The notes: a model not told the origin generated them from the sequence alone. DNA of 32,000 bases from Parasynechococcus marenigrum WH 8102 (GCF_000195975.1 NC_005070.1:900001-932000); one strand, 5' to 3'; shown: positions 16,101 through 31,100, numbered from the stretch's first letter. Numbers and translations are program-made.

Positions 16101-19100
16101 GTACTACAGCGGTTGCGACCAATGGAGCAACAATTGTACTGAAGTTTACTGAGGCGCTGGCAGACATTACCAATGATGCAAATACCAGAAATCAGTTTGC
16201 AGTACTGACTAATGGAGCAGCAAATGCTGTAACTGGAATAGCACTTGGCGGAAGTAATAAGGAAGTGACATTGACGCTAACGAATACGGTAGAGGACGGC
16301 GATGAAGTCACTGTTGCCTACACGAAGGATACTGGCAATAGTGTTCAGCTTGAGGACCGCCATACAGATGCGACTGATATCGACAACTTTAGTGCGACTT
16401 CTGTTACCAACAATTCGACCAAGGATATTACTGGTGCGGTTATTGATTTCGGAGCATCTACAACAGCAGTTGCTACGAATGGTGCCACATTAGTACTGAC
16501 ATTCCCTGAGGAATTGGCTGACATCAGTGATGGAGCGGATGTGCGTGCACAATTTGCCGTTTTAACGAATGGAGCTGCTAATGCTGTTACTGGTGTATCG
16601 CTAGGAGGAAGTAATAAGCAAGTCACCTTGACTTTGACGAATGTCGTTGAAGATGAAGATGAGGTGACGGTTGCTTATACGGCAAATGGTGCTAATGCGT
16701 TGAAGGATCGACACGCAGACGCGACGAATATTGCTAATTGGAATGCGACTTCAATTACAAACAATTCAACAAAGGATACAACAGCTGGTTATGTTGACTT
16801 TGGTTCTAGTACTACAGCAGTTGCGACCAATGGAGCAACAATCGTACTGAAGTTTAACGAAGCGTTAGCAGACATTACCAACGATGCAAATACCAGAAAT
16901 CAGTTTGCAGTACTGACTAACGGAGCAGCAAATGCTGTAACCGGAATAGCACTTGGTGGAAGTAATAAGGAAGTGACGTTGACGCTGACGAATACGGTAG
17001 AGGACGGCGATGAAGTCACTGTTGCCTACACGAAGGATACTGGCAATAGTGTTCAGCTTGAGGACCGCCATACAGATGCAACTGATATCGACAACTTTAG
17101 TGCGACTTCTATTACCAATAATTCAACCAAGGATTTAACAGCTGGGACCGTTGACTTTGGTTCTAGTACTACAGCGGTTGCGACCAATGGAGCAACAATC
17201 GTACTGAAGTTTACTGAGGCGCTGGCAGACATTACCAATGATGCAAATACCAGAAATCAGTTTGCAGTACTGACTAATGGAGCAGCAAATGCTGTAACCG
17301 GAATAGCACTTGGCGGAAGTAATAAGGAAGTGACATTGACGCTAACGAATACGGTAGAGGACGGCGATGAAGTCACTGTTGCCTACACGAAGGATACTGG
17401 CAATAGTGTTCAGCTTGAGGACCGCCATACAGATGCGACTGATATCGACAACTTTAGTGCGACTTCTGTTACCAATAATTCGACCAAGGATATTACTGGT
17501 GCGGTTATTGATTTCGGAGCATCTACAACAGCAGTTGCTACGAATGGTGCCACATTAGTACTGACATTCCCTGAGGAATTGGCTGACATCAGTGATGGAG
17601 CGGATGTGCGTGCACAATTTGCCGTTTTAACGAATGGAGCTGCTAATGCTGTTACTGGTGTATCGCTAGGAGGAAGTAATAAGCAAGTCACCTTGACTTT
17701 GACGAATGTCGTTGAAGATGAAGATGAGGTGACGGTTGCTTATACGGCAAATGGTGCTAATGCGTTGAAGGATCGACACGCAGACGCGACGAATATTGCT
17801 AATTGGAATGCGACTTCAATTACAAACAATTCAACAAAGGATACAACAGCTGGTTATGTTGACTTTGGTTCTAGTACTACAGCAGTTGCGACCAATGGAG
17901 CAACAATCGTACTGAAGTTTAACGAAGCGTTAGCAGACATTACCAACGATGCAAATACCAGAAATCAGTTTGCAGTACTGACTAACGGAGCAGCAAATGC
18001 TGTAACCGGAATAGCACTTGGTGGAAGTAATAAGGAAGTGACGTTGACGCTGACGAATACGGTAGAGGACGGCGATGAAGTCACTGTTGCCTACACGAAG
18101 GATACTGGCAATAGTGTTCAGCTTGAGGACCGCCATACAGATGCGACTGATATCGACAACTTTAGTGCGACTTCTGTTACCAACAATTCAACCAAGGATT
18201 TAACAGCTGGAACCGTTGACTTTGGTTCTAGTACTACAGCGGTTGCGACCAATGGAGCAACAATTGTACTGAAGTTTACTGAGGCACTGGCAGACATTAC
18301 CAATGATGCAAATACCAGAAATCAGTTTGCAGTACTGACTAATGGAACAGCAAATGCTGTAACCGGAATAGCACTTGGCGGAAGTAATAAGGAAGTGACG
18401 TTGACGTTAACGAATACGGTAGAGGACGGCGATGAAGTCACTGTTGCCTACACGAAGGATACTGTCAATAGCGTTCAGCTTGAGGACCGCCATACAGATG
18501 CGACTGATATCGACAACTTTAGTGCAACTGCTGTTACCAATAATTCGACCAAGGATATTACTGGTGCCGTCGTCGATTGGGCGGCTGCAACTACCGCAGT
18601 AGCTACCGATGGTGCCACATTAGTACTGACATTCCCTGAGGAATTGGCTGACATCAGTGATGGAGCGGATGTGCGTGCACAATTTGCCGTTTTAACGAAT
18701 GGAGCTGCTAATGCTGTTACTGGTGTATCGCTAGGAGGAAGTAATAAGCAAGTCACCTTGACTTTGACGAATGTCGTTGAAGATGAAGATGAGGTGACGG
18801 TTGCTTATACGGCAAATGGTGCTAATGCGTTGAAGGATCGACACGCAGACGCGACGAATATTGCTAATTTTAATGCTATTAGCATAACCAATAATTCAAC
18901 CAAGGATTTAACAGCTGGAACCGTTGACTTTGGTTCTAGTACTACAGCTGTTGCGACCAATGGAGCAACAATTGTACTGAAGTTTAATGAAGCGTTGGCT
19001 GACATTACCAATAATGCCAATACCAGAAGTCAGTTTGCTGTTCTTGTTAATGGCGCTACTAATAACGTTACTTCAATTTCCCTTGGCGATTCTAATACGG

Positions 19101-22100
19101 CGATTACGTTGACTTTGGCGACTGCTGTTGAGGACGGCGATGAAGTCACTGTTGCCTACACGAAGGATACTGGCAATAGTGTTCAGCTTGAGGACCGCCA
19201 CACAGATGCAACTGATATCGACAACTTTAGTGCGACTGCTATCACTAATAACTCAACGCAGACACTATCAGCCCCAAATCCTCTATTTGGATCAACTTCT
19301 ACAGCTGTAGCCTCTGCTGGTAATTTGTTGGTATTAAAGTTTGCTGGGCAGCTTGCAGATGTGACTAACGATGCAAATACTCGTAATCAATTTTCTGTTA
19401 CCACCAATGGCGTTGCTAACACAGTTACAGGTATTTCGTTGGGTGGCAGTAATACTGAGATTACTCTTACACTAACTCAAGTTATTGAGGATAATGACGA
19501 GGTTACTCTTTCATATACCAAGGATTCTGTTAATAATGTAGAACTGGCTGGCCGAACAGCTGGCTCAGCACAAGTGAGCGATTTTCTAAGTACTGCTATC
19601 ACCAACAATTCAACAAAGGATACAACAGCTGGTTATGTTGACTTTGGTTCTAGTACTACAGCAGTTGCGACCAATGGAGCAACAATCGTACTGAAGTTTA
19701 ACGAAGCGTTAGCAGACATTACCAACGATGCAAATACCAGAAATCAGTTTGCAGTACTGACTAACGGAGCAGCAAATGCTGTAACCGGAATAGCACTTGG
19801 TGGAAGTAATAAGGAAGTGACGTTGACGCTGACGAATACGGTAGAGGACGGCGATGAAGTCACTGTTGCCTACACGAAGGATACTGGCAATAGTGTTCAG
19901 CTTGAGGACCGCCATACAGATGCAACTGATATCGACAACTTTAGTGCGACTTCTATTACCAATAATTCAACCAAGGATTTAACAGCTGGGACCGTTGACT
20001 TTGGTTCTAGTACTACAGCGGTTGCGACCAATGGAGCAACAATCGTACTGAAGTTTACTGAGGCGCTGGCAGACATTACCAATGATGCAAATACCAGAAA
20101 TCAGTTTGCAGTACTGACTAATGGAGCAGCAAATGCTGTAACCGGAATAGCACTTGGCGGAAGTAATAAGGAAGTGACATTGACGCTAACGAATACGGTA
20201 GAGGACGGCGATGAAGTCACTGTTGCCTACACGAAGGATACTGGCAATAGTGTTCAGCTTGAGGACCGCCATACAGATGCGACTGATATCGACAACTTTA
20301 GTGCGACTTCTGTTACCAATAATTCGACCAAGGATATTACTGGTGCGGTTATTGATTTCGGAGCATCTACAACAGCAGTTGCTACGAATGGTGCCACATT
20401 AGTACTGACATTCCCTGAGGAATTGGCTGACATCAGTGATGGAGCGGATGTGCGTGCACAATTTGCCGTTTTAACGAATGGAGCTGCTAATGCTGTTACT
20501 GGTGTATCGCTAGGAGGAAGTAATAAGCAAGTCACCTTGACTTTGACGAATGTCGTTGAAGATGAAGATGAGGTGACGGTTGCTTATACGGCAAATGGTG
20601 CTAATGCGTTGAAGGATCGACACGCAGACGCGACGAATATTGCTAATTGGAATGCGACTTCAATTACAAACAATTCAACAAAGGATACAACAGCTGGTTA
20701 TGTTGACTTTGGTTCTAGTACTACAGCAGTTGCGACCAATGGAGCAACAATCGTACTGAAGTTTAACGAAGCGTTAGCAGACATTACCAACGATGCAAAT
20801 ACCAGAAATCAGTTTGCAGTACTGACTAACGGAGCAGCAAATGCTGTAACCGGAATAGCACTTGGTGGAAGTAATAAGGAAGTGACGTTGACGCTGACGA
20901 ATACGGTAGAGGACGGCGATGAAGTCACTGTTGCCTACACGAAGGATACTGGCAATAGTGTTCAGCTTGAGGACCGCCATACAGATGCAACTGATATCGA
21001 CAACTTTAGTGCGACTTCTATTACCAATAATTCAACCAAGGATTTAACAGCTGGAACCGTTGACTTTGGTTCTAGTACTACAGCGGTTGCGACCAATGGA
21101 GCAACAATCGTACTGAAGTTTACTGAGGCGCTGGCAGACATTACCAATGATGCAAATACCAGAAATCAGTTTGCAGTACTGACTAATGGAGCAGCAAATG
21201 CTGTAACCGGAATAGCACTTGGCGGAAGTAATAAGGAAGTGACATTGACGCTAACGAATACGGTAGAGGACGGCGATGAAGTCACTGTTGCCTACACGAA
21301 GGATACTGGCAATAGTGTTCAGCTTGAGGACCGCCATACAGATGCGACTGATATCGACAACTTTAGTGCGACTTCTGTTACCAACAATTCGACCAAGGAT
21401 ATTACTGGTGCGGTTATTGATTTCGGAGCATCTACAACAGCAGTTGCTACGAATGGTGCCACATTAGTACTGACATTCCCTGAGGAATTGGCTGACATCA
21501 GTGATGGAGCGGATGTGCGTGCACAATTTGCCGTTTTAACGAATGGAGCTGCTAATGCTGTTACTGGTGTATCGCTAGGAGGAAGTAATAAGCAAGTCAC
21601 CTTGACTTTGACGAATGTCGTTGAAGATGAAGATGAGGTGACGGTTGCTTATACGGCAAATGGTGCTAATGCGTTGAAGGATCGACACGCAGACGCGACG
21701 AATATTGCTAATTGGAATGCGACTTCAATTACAAACAATTCAACAAAGGATACAACAGCTGGTTATGTTGACTTTGGTTCTAGTACTACAGCAGTTGCGA
21801 CCAATGGAGCAACAATCGTACTGAAGTTTAACGAAGCGTTAGCAGACATTACCAACGATGCAAATACCAGAAATCAGTTTGCAGTACTGACTAACGGAGC
21901 AGCAAATGCTGTAACCGGAATAGCACTTGGTGGAAGTAATAAGGAAGTGACGTTGACGCTGACGAATACGGTAGAGGACGGCGATGAAGTCACTGTTGCC
22001 TACACGAAGGATACTGGCAATAGTGTTCAGCTTGAGGACCGCCATACAGATGCAACTGATATCGACAACTTTAGTGCGACTTCTATTACCAATAATTCAA

Positions 22101-25100
22101 CCAAGGATTTAACAGCTGGGACCGTTGACTTTGGTTCTAGTACTACAGCGGTTGCGACCAATGGAGCAACAATCGTACTGAAGTTTACTGAGGCGCTGGC
22201 AGACATTACCAATGATGCAAATACCAGAAATCAGTTTGCAGTACTGACTAATGGAGCAGCAAATGCTGTAACCGGAATAGCACTTGGCGGAAGTAATAAG
22301 GAAGTGACATTGACGCTAACGAATACGGTAGAGGACGGCGATGAAGTCACTGTTGCCTACACGAAGGATACTGGCAATAGTGTTCAGCTTGAGGACCGCC
22401 ATACAGATGCGACTGATATCGACAACTTTAGTGCGACTTCTGTTACCAATAATTCGACCAAGGATATTACTGGTGCGGTTATTGATTTCGGAGCATCTAC
22501 AACAGCAGTTGCTACGAATGGTGCCACATTAGTACTGACATTCCCTGAGGAATTGGCTGACATCAGTGATGGAGCGGATGTGCGTGCACAATTTGCCGTT
22601 TTAACGAATGGAGCTGCTAATGCTGTTACTGGTGTATCGCTAGGAGGAAGTAATAAGCAAGTCACCTTGACTTTGACGAATGTCGTTGAAGATGAAGATG
22701 AGGTGACGGTTGCTTATACGGCAAATGGTGCTAATGCGTTGAAGGATCGACACGCAGACGCGACGAATATTGCTAATTGGAATGCGACTTCAATTACAAA
22801 CAATTCAACAAAGGATACAACAGCTGGTTATGTTGACTTTGGTTCTAGTACTACAGCAGTTGCGACCAATGGAGCAACAATCGTACTGAAGTTTAACGAA
22901 GCGTTAGCAGACATTACCAACGATGCAAATACCAGAAATCAGTTTGCAGTACTGACTAACGGAGCAGCAAATGCTGTAACCGGAATAGCACTTGGTGGAA
23001 GTAATAAGGAAGTGACGTTGACGCTGACGAATACGGTAGAGGACGGCGATGAAGTCACTGTTGCCTACACGAAGGATACTGGCAATAGTGTTCAGCTTGA
23101 GGACCGCCATACAGATGCAACTGATATCGACAACTTTAGTGCGACTTCTATTACCAATAATTCAACCAAGGATTTAACAGCTGGGACCGTTGACTTTGGT
23201 TCTAGTACTACAGCGGTTGCGACCAATGGAGCAACAATCGTACTGAAGTTTACTGAGGCGCTGGCAGACATTACCAATGACGCAAATACCAGAAATCAGT
23301 TTGCAGTACTGACTAATGGAGCAGCAAATGCTGTAACCGGAATAGCACTTGGCGGAAGTAATAAGGAAGTGACATTGACGCTAACGAATACGGTAGAGGA
23401 CGGCGATGAAGTCACTGTTGCCTACACGAAGGATACTGGCAATAGTGTTCAGCTTGAGGACCGCCATACAGATGCGACTGATATCGACAACTTTAGTGCG
23501 ACTTCTGTTACCAATAATTCGACCAAGGATATTACTGGTGCGGTTATTGATTTCGGAGCATCTACAACAGCAGTTGCTACGAATGGTGCCACATTAGTAC
23601 TGACATTCCCTGAGGAATTGGCTGACATCAGTGATGGAGCGGATGTGCGTGCACAATTTGCCGTTTTAACGAATGGAGCTGCTAATGCTGTTACTGGTGT
23701 ATCGCTAGGAGGAAGTAATAAGCAAGTCACCTTGACTTTGACGAATGTCGTTGAAGATGAAGATGAGGTGACGGTTGCTTATACGGCAAATGGTGCTAAT
23801 GCGTTGAAGGATCGACACGCAGACGCGACGAATATTGCTAATTGGAATGCGACTTCAATTACAAACAATTCAACAAAGGATACAACAGCTGGTTATGTTG
23901 ACTTTGGTTCTAGTACTACAGCAGTTGCGACCAATGGAGCAACAATCGTACTGAAGTTTAACGAAGCGTTAGCAGACATTACCAACGATGCAAATACCAG
24001 AAATCAGTTTGCAGTACTGACTAACGGAGCAGCAAATGCTGTAACCGGAATAGCACTTGGTGGAAGTAATAAGGAAGTGACGTTGACGCTGACGAATACG
24101 GTAGAGGACGGCGATGAAGTCACTGTTGCCTACACGAAGGATACTGGCAATAGTGTTCAGCTTGAGGACCGCCATACAGATGCAACTGATATCGACAACT
24201 TTAGTGCGACTTCTATTACCAATAATTCAACCAAGGATTTAACAGCTGGGACCGTTGATCTTCGCTCTAGTACTACAGCGGTTGCGACCAATGGAGCAAC
24301 AATCGTCCTGAAGTTTACTGAGGCGCTGGCAGACATTACCAATGATGCAAATACCAGAAATCAATTTGCTGTTACTGTTGACGGCTCAACAAATACTGTT
24401 ACAGGTATAGCACTTGGAGGAAGTAATCAAGAAGTTACTTTAACACTTACCAATGCTATTAAGGATGGAGCTGAGGTTTTTGTTGCCTACACGAAGGATA
24501 CTGTCAATAGCGTTCAGCTTGAGGACCGCCATACAGATGCTTCCGATATTTTAGATTTTACTTATTCCATCAATAATTCATCTACCGTTGACAGTACCAT
24601 TCCTGTAGCTGTCGCTGATACTTCTTCAGTTGAAGTTGGAGGTTCTGTTGTCTTCGATGGTACTTCGGGTAATCAACCGATATTAATTACCAATGATACT
24701 GATAATGTTGGTGTTACTGGTATTGGAGCAGTTGACGGGGTTTCATTTACTTCACTTACAAATTCTGACCATGGGACTTATTCCGGTGCTGCTGGGTATA
24801 AAAAAGTTGTTGGCACATTTGGTACTCTCTACATTAAGTCGAATGGTGTCGCTGCCTATATACACACGGGTACAAGGGCCACTGATACTGATGTTTTTAT
24901 TTATACGGCAACCGATCTCCAGGGGAATGAGTCAATTCCAATTAAGTTGACAATTAATGCACAAGATACTACAGCCCCGTCTAAATCTGATACCATTACT
25001 GAAAGTGTTAATGAAGGTTCAACATCTTCGAATCTTCAGCTTTTAAGTATTTTTTCTGACAATTCTTCTACTTTTAGTGTCACGAATATAAAGGTTGGCT

Positions 25101-28100
25101 CTGGTTCGACAGTTGTTCTGCCTTCTGCAGAGACAACCGGCCAATATATTGGGTTCTCTAAGGTTACTTCCACTCAAGGTGATCTTTATCTCAAGGCTGA
25201 TGGAACAGCTTTCTATGTGCATGGTGGATCGGACATTGTAGGAACTGGCACCACTGATGTGTTTACATATACTGTTAATGATGGAACTAACCAAACCACT
25301 AATACAATTACGATTAACCTCGTTGACACTACTGTTGTTCCTCCTACCAACAGCTCATCGTCAACAAATAGTGCTAGCTCTATCAATCTTGTAATGTCGG
25401 AGGCTATTAAAAGTAATGTCACTGCCCTTCAGTCTATCTCGGACTTTTCCAGTATCGGTCCATTCTTTTCATTACAAATTGGCAATCAGACTCTTGCCTA
25501 TGGAACTGGATCCGGCACATTCTCTATGGACAAAGTCAACAGCACAACACTTACATTTATTGTAAATACCGAGTCTGATTATATTCAAAATGTACATGAA
25601 TTGGTACAACTTGTTTATAATCCAACAGGGGCTAATACTCATCATTTAAAGGATTTGGACGGCAATTTTGCTTCTGGTTTCACGCAACTAGTTACCAATC
25701 AATTTGTTGCACCATCTGTTTCCAGTGCAACGACGACCAGCTCGAATGTCGTGACAATGGTACTGTCTGAGAATGCATTGAGCAACAGTGCCAATCTCTC
25801 AGCCATTACTAATTTTGCCGATCTTGGTGCTCTATTCTCTGTAAAAGTAGGCAGCCAGACGTTGAGTTATGGAGCTAGCGGTGCAGGCACATTTAGCCTC
25901 GGTAAGGATGGATCCAATAACAACAAGTTAGTCTTTACGATCAATACAGAAGCTGACTACCTGCAAAACGATCAAGAGGTTGTACAGATTATCTATAACG
26001 CTGATCCCAGCTCTACGACACATAACCTAGTTGATTCTGACGGGAACCAGACAACAGATTTCACATTTACTGCGGCTAATAGCTTCTTAGCACCATCTGT
26101 TTCCAGTGCAACGACGACCAGCTCGAATGTCGTGACAATGGTACTGTCTGAGAATGCATTGAGCAACAGTGCCAATCTCTCAGCCATTACTAATTTTGCC
26201 GATCTTGGTGCTCTATTCTCTGTCAAAGTAGGCAGCCAGACGTTGAGTTATGGAGCTAGCGGTGCAGGCACATTTAGCCTCGGTAAGGATGGATCCAATA
26301 ACAACAAGTTAGTCTTTACGATCAATACAGAAGCTGACTATCTGCAAAGCGATCAAGAGGTTGTTCAGATTATCTATAACGCTGATCCCAGCTCGACGAC
26401 ACATAACCTAGTTGATTCTGACGGGAACCAGACAACAGATTTTACATTTACTGCGGCTAATAGCTTCTTAGCACCATCTGTTTCCAGTGCAACGACGACC
26501 AGCTCGAATGTCGTGACAATGGTACTGTCTGAGAATGCATTGAGCAACAGTGCCAATCTCTCAGCCATTACTGACTTTGCCAATCTTGGTGCTCTATTCT
26601 CTGTCAAAGTAGGCAGCCAGACGTTGAGTTATGGAGCTAGCGGTGCAGGCACATTTAGCCTCGAGAAGGATGGATCCAATAACAACAAGTTAGTCTTTAC
26701 GATCAATACAGAAGCTGATTATCTGCAAAACGATCAAGAGGTTGTTGAAATTATCTATAACGCTGATCCCAGCTCGACGACGCATAATTTAGTTGATTCT
26801 GACGGGAACCAAACAACAGATTTCACATTTACTGCGGCTAATAGCTTCTTAGCACCATCTGTTTCCAGTGCAACGACGACCAGCTCGAATGTCGTGACAA
26901 TGGTACTGTCTGAGAATGCATTGAGCAACAGTGCCAATCTCTCAGCCATTACTAATTTCGCCAATCTTGGTGCTCTATTCTCTGTCAAAGTAGGCAGCCA
27001 GACGTTGACTTATGGAGCTAGCGGTGCAGGCACATTTAGCCTCGGTAAGGATGGATCCAATAACAACAAGTTAGTCTTTACGATCAATACAGAAGCTGAT
27101 TATCTGCAAAACGATCAAGAGATTGTTGAAATTATCTATAACGCTGATCCCAGCTCGACGACGCATAATTTAGTTGATTCTGACGGGAACCAAACAACAG
27201 ATTTCACATTTACTGCGGCTAATAGCTTCTTAGCACCATCTGTTTCCAGTGCAACGACGACCAGCTCGAATGTCGTGACAATGGTACTGTCTGAGAATGC
27301 ATTGAGTAACAGTGCCAATCTCTCAGCCATTACTAATTTTGCCAATCTTGGTGCTCTATTCTCTGTCAAGGTAGGTAGCCAGACGTTGAGTTATGGAGCT
27401 AGCGGTGCAGGCACATTTAGCCTCGGTAAGGATGGATCCAATAACAACAAGTTAGTCTTTACGATCAATACAGAAGCTGACTATCTGCAAAACGATCAAG
27501 AGGTTGTTCAGATTATCTATAACGCTGATCCCAGCTCGACGACACATAATTTAGTTGATTCTGACGGGAACCAGACAACAGATTTCGCATTTACTGCGGC
27601 TAATAGCTTCTTAGCACCATCTGTTTCCAGTGCAACGACGACCAGCTCGAATGTCGTGACAATGGTACTGTCTGAGAATGCATTGAGCAACAGTGCCAAT
27701 CTCTCAGCCATTACTAATTTTGCCGATCTTGGTGCTCTATTCTCTGTAAAAGTAGGCAGCCAGACGTTGAGTTATGGAGCTAGCGGTGCAGGCACATTTA
27801 GCCTCGGTAAGGATGGATCCAATAACAACAAGTTAGTCTTTACGATCAATACAGAAGCTGACTACCTGCAAAACGATCAAGAGGTGGTTCAGATTATCTA
27901 TAACGCTGATCCCAGCTCGACGACACATAACCTAGTTGATTCTGATGCGAACCAGACAACAGATTTCACATTTACTGCGGCTAATAGCTTCTTAGCACCA
28001 TCTGTTTCCAGTGCAACGACGACCAGCTCGAATGTCGTGACAATGGTACTGTCTGAGAATGCATTGAGCAACAGTGCCAATCTCTCAGCCATTACTAATT

Positions 28101-31100
28101 TTGCCGATCTTGGTGCTCTATTCTCTGTAAAAGTAGGCAGCCAGACGTTGAGTTATGGAGCTAGCGGTGCAGGCACATTTAGCCTCGGTAAGGATGGATC
28201 CAATAACAACAAGTTAGTCTTTACGATCAATACAGAAGCTGACTACCTGCAAAACGATCAAGAGGTTGTACAGATTATCTATAACGCTGATCCCAGCTCT
28301 ACGACACATAACCTAGTTGATTCTGACGGGAACCAGACAACAGATTTCACATTTACTGCGGCTAATAGCTTCTTAGCACCATCTGTTTCCAGTGCAACGA
28401 CGACCAGCTCGAATGTCGTGACAATGGTACTGTCTGAGAATGCATTGAGCAACAGTGCCAATCTCTCAGCCATTACTAATTTTGCCGATCTTGGTGCTCT
28501 ATTCTCTGTCAAAGTAGGCAGCCAGACGTTGAGTTATGGAGCTAGCGGTGCAGGCACATTTAGCCTCGGTAAGGATGGATCCAATAACAACAAGTTAGTC
28601 TTTACGATCAATACAGAAGCTGACTACCTGCAAAACGATCAAGAGGTTGTTCAGATTATCTATAACGCTGATCCCAGCTCGACGACACATAACCTAGTTG
28701 ATTCTGACGGGAACCAGACAACAGATTTTACATTTACTGCGGCTAATAGCTTCTTAGCACCATTTGTTTCCAGTGCAACGACGACCAGTTCGAATGTCGT
28801 GACAATGGTACTGTCTGAGAACTCATTGAGCAACAGTGCCAATCTCTCAGCCATTACTAACTTTGCCGATCTTGGTGCTCTATTCTCTGTCAAAGTAGGC
28901 AGCCAGACGTTGAGTTATGGAGCTAGCGGTGCAGGCACATTTAGCCTCGAGAAGGATGGATCCAATAACAACAAGTTAGTCTTTACGATCAATACAGAAG
29001 CTGATTATCTGCAAAACGATCAAGAGGTTGTTCAGATTATCTATAATGCTGATTCCAGCTCTACGACACATAACCTAGTTGATTCTGACGGGAACCAGAC
29101 AATAGATTTTACATTTACTGCGACTAATAGCTTCTTAGCATCGTCTGTATCAAGTGCAACGACCACCAGCTCGAATGTCGTGACGATGGTGCTGTCTGAG
29201 AACTCATTGAGCAACAGTGCCAATCTCTCAGCCATTACTAATTTCGCCAATCTTGGTGCTCTATTCTCTGTCAAAGTAGGCAGCCAGACGTTGACTTATG
29301 GAGCTAGCGGTGCAGGCACATTTAGCCTCGGTAAGGATGGATCCAATAACAACAAGTTAGTCTTTACGATCAATACAGAAGCTGATTATCTGCAAAACGA
29401 TCAAGAGATTGTTGAAATTATCTATAACGCTGATCCCAGCTCGACGACGCATAATTTAGTTGATTCTGACGGGAACCAAACAACAGATTTCACATTTACT
29501 GCGACTAATAGCTTCCTAGCACCATCTGTTTCCAGTGCAACGACCACCAGCTCGAATGTCGTGACGATGGTACTGTCTGAGAATGCATTGAGCAACAGTG
29601 CCAATCTCTCAGCCATTACTAACTTTGCCAATCTTGGTGCTCTATTCTCTGTCAAAGTAGGCAGCCAGACGTTGAGTTATGGAGCTAGCGGTGCAGGCAC
29701 ATTTAGCCTCGGTAAGGATGGATCCAATAACAACAAGTTAGTCTTTACGATCAATACAGAAGCTGATTATCTGCAAAACGATCAAGAGGTTGTTCAGATT
29801 ATCTATAACGCTGATCCCAGCTCGACGACACATAACCTAGTTGATTCTGATGCGAACCAGACAACAGATTTTACATTTACTGCGACTAATAGCTTCCTAG
29901 CACCATCTGTTTCCAGTGCAACGACCACCAGCTCGAATGTCGTGACAATGGTATTGTCTGAGAATGCATTGAGCAACAGTGCCAATCTCTCAGACATTAC
30001 TAACTTTGCCAATCTTGGTGCTCTATTCTCTGTAAAAGTAGGCAGCCAGACGTTGAGTTATGGAGCTAGCGGTGCAGGCACATTTAGCCTCGGTAAGGAT
30101 GGATCCAATAACAACAAGTTAGTCTTTACGATCAATACAGAAGCTGATTATCTGCAAAACGATCAAGAGATTGTTGAAATTATCTATAACGCTGATCCCA
30201 GCTCGACGACGCATAATTTAGTTGATTCTGACGGGAACCAAACAACAGATTTCACATTTACTGCGGCTAATAGCTTCTTAGCACCATCTGTTTCCAGTGC
30301 AACGACGACCAGCTCGAATGTCGTGACAATGGTACTGTCTGAGAATGCATTGAGTAACAGTGCCAATCTCTCAGCCATTACTAATTTTGCCAATCTTGGT
30401 GCTCTATTCTCTGTCAAGGTAGGTAGCCAGACGTTGAGTTATGCAGCTAGCGGTGCAGGCACATTTAGCCTCGGTAAGGATGGATCCAATAACAACAAGT
30501 TAGTCTTTACGATCAATACAGAAGCTGACTATCTGCAAAACGATCAAGAGGTTGTTCAGATTATCTATAACGCTGATCCCAGCTCGACGACACATAATTT
30601 AGTTGATTCTGACGGGAACCAGACAACAGATTTCGCATTTACTGCGGCTAATAGCTTCTTAGCACCATCTGTTTCCAGTGCAACGACGACCAGCTCGAAT
30701 GTCGTGACAATGGTACTGTCTGAGAATGCATTGAGCAACAGTGCCAATCTCTCAGCCATTACTAATTTTGCCGATCTTGGTGCTCTATTCTCTGTCAAAG
30801 TAGGCAGCCAGACGTTGACTTATGGAGCTAGCGGTGCAGGCACATTTAGCCTCGGTAAGGATGGATCCAATAACAACAAGTTAGTCTTTACGATCAATAC
30901 AGAAGCTGATTATCTGCAAAACGATCAAGAGGTTGTTCAGATTATCTATAACGCTGATCCCAGCTCGACGACACATAACCTAGTTGATTCTGATGCTAAT
31001 CAGACAACAGATTTTACATTTACTGCGACTAATAGCTTCTTAGCACCATCTGTTTCCAGTGCAACGACGACCAGCTCGAATGTCGTGACAATGGTACTGT

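Noticed and set aside
14257-30798. Dozens of repeated 60-93-aa ORFs in the track, for example minus strand 14735-14941, 14923-15108, 15280-15561 and 25993-26226, and plus strand 15237-15428, recurring every 1065 or 381 bp.
   Set aside because: They are antisense or out-of-frame shadows of the single giant plus-strand frame. They recur only because the underlying DNA is repeated. They have odd low-complexity compositions and no motifs. The frame beginning at 13139 reads through all of them with coherent domain structure.
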